DNA of 64,000 nt from an uncultured Verrucomicrobiae bacterium (lineage in GTDB: Bacteria > Verrucomicrobiota > Verrucomicrobiia > Palsa-1439). Location of the stretch: the NCBI GenBank assembly GCA_963812605.1, contig CAWEWF010000004.1:96001-160000 (forward strand), written 5' to 3'. Below the pieces are notes generated by a model. It had not been told where the DNA came from, made no database searches, and saw only the letters and a program-made list of their open reading frames with translations. Positions 61,183-64,000 of the stretch are shown piece after piece. Within the stretch, counting starts at the first letter, position 1; every line of letters begins with the position of its first letter. A program made the translations under genes and the position numbers.

Positions 61183-61236
61183 CACCTTTCCCGAAAATAT
61201 TTGGAAAAATCTTTGCGGAGATTCCGACGCGGCTTT

Positions 61237-62034
61237 TTACTTCGCGTCGGCCGCGTTTCCGAAGAGGAAAACCAGCGCGCGCCACACCCGCTCGCGCCAG
61301 CAGCGCTCGTTGTGTTCGCCGCCCTTTTCCTCGAAGTAGCAGAGGTCTTCTTCCTCGCGCCAGCCGCGCGCGAGATACGCCTGGTGCACCTGGCGTGATT
61401 GCGGCGCGCCGTCCCGCACCGTGCCGCAGTCGAGATAGACGCGGAGATCCTGGTGCTCGAGTTTCTTCACGAACTCGACGAACGATTTCCCCTGTCGATC
61501 GCGAACCTGGAACGCGCCGGAGAGACACGCGGCCTTGTGGAACGTCTCGGGAAGCTTATGCGCCATCCACAACGAGACCAGTCCTCCCAGGGAGGAACCC
61601 AGCACCGCGGTGTGCTCGCGATCCTTCTTCGTCGGGAATTTTCGATCGACACAGCGCTTCACGACATCGACCACGTAATTCGCGTACGGATGCGCGAGAA
61701 TGTCGTCGTAGGTTTTTCCCGGCGTGTATTCACGGAAACGCGCGTGCGTATTCGGGATGCCGACCAGGATGGTCGGCTCCATCTTTCCCTCGCGCGTCAA
61801 TTCATCCGCGATCTGGTTGAGATACCAGCCGCCGTGACCGAAGCAGCAATGCGGATCATCCCAGATGTTTTGGCCATCGTGACAATAGAGCACCGGGAAA
61901 CGCCGGCGATGATCATGTTCCGCGAGTTCGGGAAGATAGACATAGATCGGCCGGGCCGTGAGATGACCGAAACGAGGCAACACCTTTGACTCGTCGATGA
62001 CGTGAAAGCGGGACGACTCAGGCAACTGGATCAT
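61237..62034 (-). CDS. Putative esterase (alpha/beta hydrolase)
   Basis: IYVYLP, FPVLYCHDGQN, GSSLGG, GGEHNE..WRER. Confidence 0.88.
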   Translation of the reverse strand: MIQLPESSRFHVIDESKVLPRFGHLTARPIYVYLPELAEHDHRRRFPVLYCHDGQNIWDDPHCCFGHGGWYLNQIADELTREGKMEPTILVGIPNTHARFREYTPGKTYDDILAHPYANYVVDVVKRCVDRKFPTKKDREHTAVLGSSLGGLVSLWMAHKLPETFHKAACLSGAFQVRDRQGKSFVEFVKKLEHQDLRVYLDCGTVRDGAPQSRQVHQAYLARGWREEEDLCYFEEKGGEHNERCWRERVWRALVFLFGNAADAK

Positions 62035-63538
62035 GTGCGTTTCGGGAACAACGGCGCAATCTGCCCGATCTTCGTTCCCGGCGCAAGGCGTCCCCACGCA
62101 ATCTCTTCCGCAAGCACCCGAAGTTTGTCCGCCGCGCCCAACTGCGTCCGAATCTGCTGCGCGCGATCGTCGGCATAAACGGCGTCACCAGAACGGAAAT
62201 CAGGCGCACCGATTCCGCCAGGTTGTAGAGCACGCCATCCAGCCGCGCGCTTGCGCTGGATCTTTCGCCAACTCCCACGGCTTGCTCTCCTCAACATACT
62301 GGTTGGCCCGCGTGACAAAGTCCCACAGTGCGTCCAGCGCCCCGCTGAAATCAATTCGCTCCATCTCTTCGCGATACGCCGTCGTCGTCTTCTCGCCGTC
62401 AGCTTTCAAGTCCGCGTCGTTCGCTTCGGCACGCACGCCTCACGATAGCGCTGGATCATCGACAGCGTGCGATTGACCAGGTTGCCGATATCGTTGGCGA
62501 GTTCGGCGTTGTAGCGTTGCTCCAGGCGCGCCCAGGAGAAATCGCCGTCCCCATTGAAGGGCACTTCACGCATGAGATAATACCGCAACACATCGGCGCT
62601 GTATTTTTCCAGCACTTCCGAAGGCTCGATCATGGTGCCGCGCGTCTTGCTCATCTTTTCGCCGTCGACGGAGATGAACCCGTGGGCAAACACCATTTTC
62701 GGCAGCGGCAATCCGGCCGCGAGCAGACCGCCGGCCAAATCGTGCAGTGGAAACGGGTGATGTCCTTGCCGATAATGTGCACGTCCGCCGGCCACCAACG
62801 GCCGAACTGCGCCTCGTCGCTGCCGTAACCGACCGCGCTGATGTAGTTCACCAGCGCGTCGAACCAGATCCAGATGGTCTGCGCCGGATTGACGGGACTC
62901 GGCACGCCCCAGCGGACATTGCTGCGCGTAAAGCTGACGTCCTGCAAACCTTCCCGCAGCAACCCGAGGATTTCATTCCGACGAATCACCGGTTCAATCC
63001 GGAACTCCGCGGTCTCGATCAACTTTTGTAGCCGCTCTTGAAACGCGGTGAGTTTGAAGAAAAGATTTTTCTCCTGGACGCGCTCGAGGGGGCGTTTATG
63101 AATCGGGCATTGGAAGTCCGGCGCGTCTTTTTCCGTGTAGTAATTCTCGCAACTCGGGCAGTACAGGCCCTCGTAATCGCCTTCGTACAAATAACCCGTC
63201 TTTGACCAGCCGCTCGAACAACAATTTCACCGCCGCTTCGTGTTGCGGATCGGTCGTGCGCACGAACCCATCGTACGCGACGCCGAGCTTTGCCCAGGTA
63301 TCCGTGAAGGCGGGAATCATGCGGTCGCAATACTCGCGCGGGGTCACGCCTTCCTTCTCCGCTTGCCGCTGCACGTTCAAACTATGTTCGTCCGTGCCTG
63401 TGAGAAAGAAAACCTCGTCGCCGCAAAGCCGATGGTAGCGCGCGCACGACATCCGCCCCGATCTTTTCGAGTACGCATGCCCGATGTGCGGGCGCGTCGT
63501 TGACGTAATCAATCGGCGGTGGTGACGTAAAATTTCAT
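62031..63538 (-). CDS. metG: Methionine--tRNA ligase (several apparent frameshifts)
   Basis: MKFYVTT, HIGH, LTGTDEH, Zn knuckle CPSC..CPIH, WFDAL.NY, IGKDI..FH, KMSKT, ANQYVEESKPW. Confidence 0.93.
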
Positions 63539-63580
63539 CGGCGCGAGATATTCGCAGTTTGAGCAACCGAGTCAACCGTC

Positions 63581-64000
63581 TCACTTCCCGCCGAGCCGTT
63601 CCAGCAACGTCACGATGGCCAGGATGCAGATGGCCTGGACGATCACGATCAGCGCGGCGGTCATCTGCGACCACAACAGCACCGTGGCTCCCAGGCCGAG
63701 GGTCAGCGTGATCAGGTAAATGAGCGTTACGGCCCAGCTTTGCGGCAGGCCGAGCCGGACCAGGCGGTGGGAAAGATGGTTCACGTCGCCATGATAAATC
63801 GGCTGGCCGCCGCGCAGCCGAATCCACGTCACCATCACGAGATCGAACAGCGGCACCGCCAGCACCAGCAAGGGGATCAGCACCGGCAACAGCGTGGGCG
63901 TTTTCCCATGCCGATAGAACGTGACGGTGATCGGCAGGACCGCCAGCATATAGCCCACAAAGTGACTGCCCGCATCCCCGAGAAAAATCGTCGCGGGCTT
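63581..64000 (-). CDS. MraY/WecA-like glycosyltransferase family 4 (partial, 3' end only)
   Basis: IFLGDAGS, VPLFD..V..RL, GD..HLSHRL..G. Confidence 0.85.
   Translation of the reverse strand, partial: KPATIFLGDAGSHFVGYMLAVLPITVTFYRHGKTPTLLPVLIPLLVLAVPLFDLVMVTWIRLRGGQPIYHGDVNHLSHRLVRLGLPQSWAVTLIYLITLTLGLGATVLLWSQMTAALIVIVQAICILAIVTLLERLGGK

Noticed and set aside
924-63538. Widespread pseudogenisation or programmed frameshifting (GNAT, GH16, BACON, ilvB, GT, lpxD, skp, ssb, rplY, AKR, murE, rsmH, metG)
   Set aside because: Single-base indels hit essential genes while flanking sequence stays intact, and I saw no shared slippery motif; long-read consensus error is the simpler explanation.

Overview
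High-GC bacterial chromosome segment, most likely Verrucomicrobiota (PVC superphylum). The inference rests on the FtsZ-containing dcw cluster with a MurC-MurB fusion, a LysM gene between murD and ftsW, and a secreted GH16 with a GDGIP/DGDG...YYRVRL C-terminus. Many single-base indels split essential genes (ilvB, lpxD, ssb, rplY, murE, rsmH, metG), so the sequence looks like an unpolished long-read assembly. Core blocks: prs-rplY-pth-rpsF-ssb-rpsR-rplI-dnaB-bamA-skp-lpxD-clpB (19.3-31.8 kb, minus strand), a complete dcw cluster mraZ..ftsZ (41.2-61.1 kb, minus strand) and metG. Accessory content: a GH16 gene with two phased LacI-type operators; a BACON-repeat gene bracketed by a duplicated gene 3' end; a decayed TA pair; tandem GT-C glycosyltransferases; a pyruvoyl-ADC/AguB/AguA putrescine module; an orphan Flp pilin; and a 2.3-kb IS1595-family element with passenger genes. 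The most unusual signal is non-coding. (i) A ~0.45-0.5 kb composite element occurs in three copies (about 9.4-9.9, 32.0-32.4 and 34.8-35.3 kb). It is built from a 26-bp promoter/operator block identical in the two complete copies, a ~97-bp inverted-repeat core and variable REP hairpins. (ii) Clusters of heterogeneous GTAG/GGAG REP hairpins. (iii) Two tandem MITEs with IS1-like ends and 8-bp direct repeats, each carrying a different REP doublet. No tRNA, rRNA or CRISPR array was seen.
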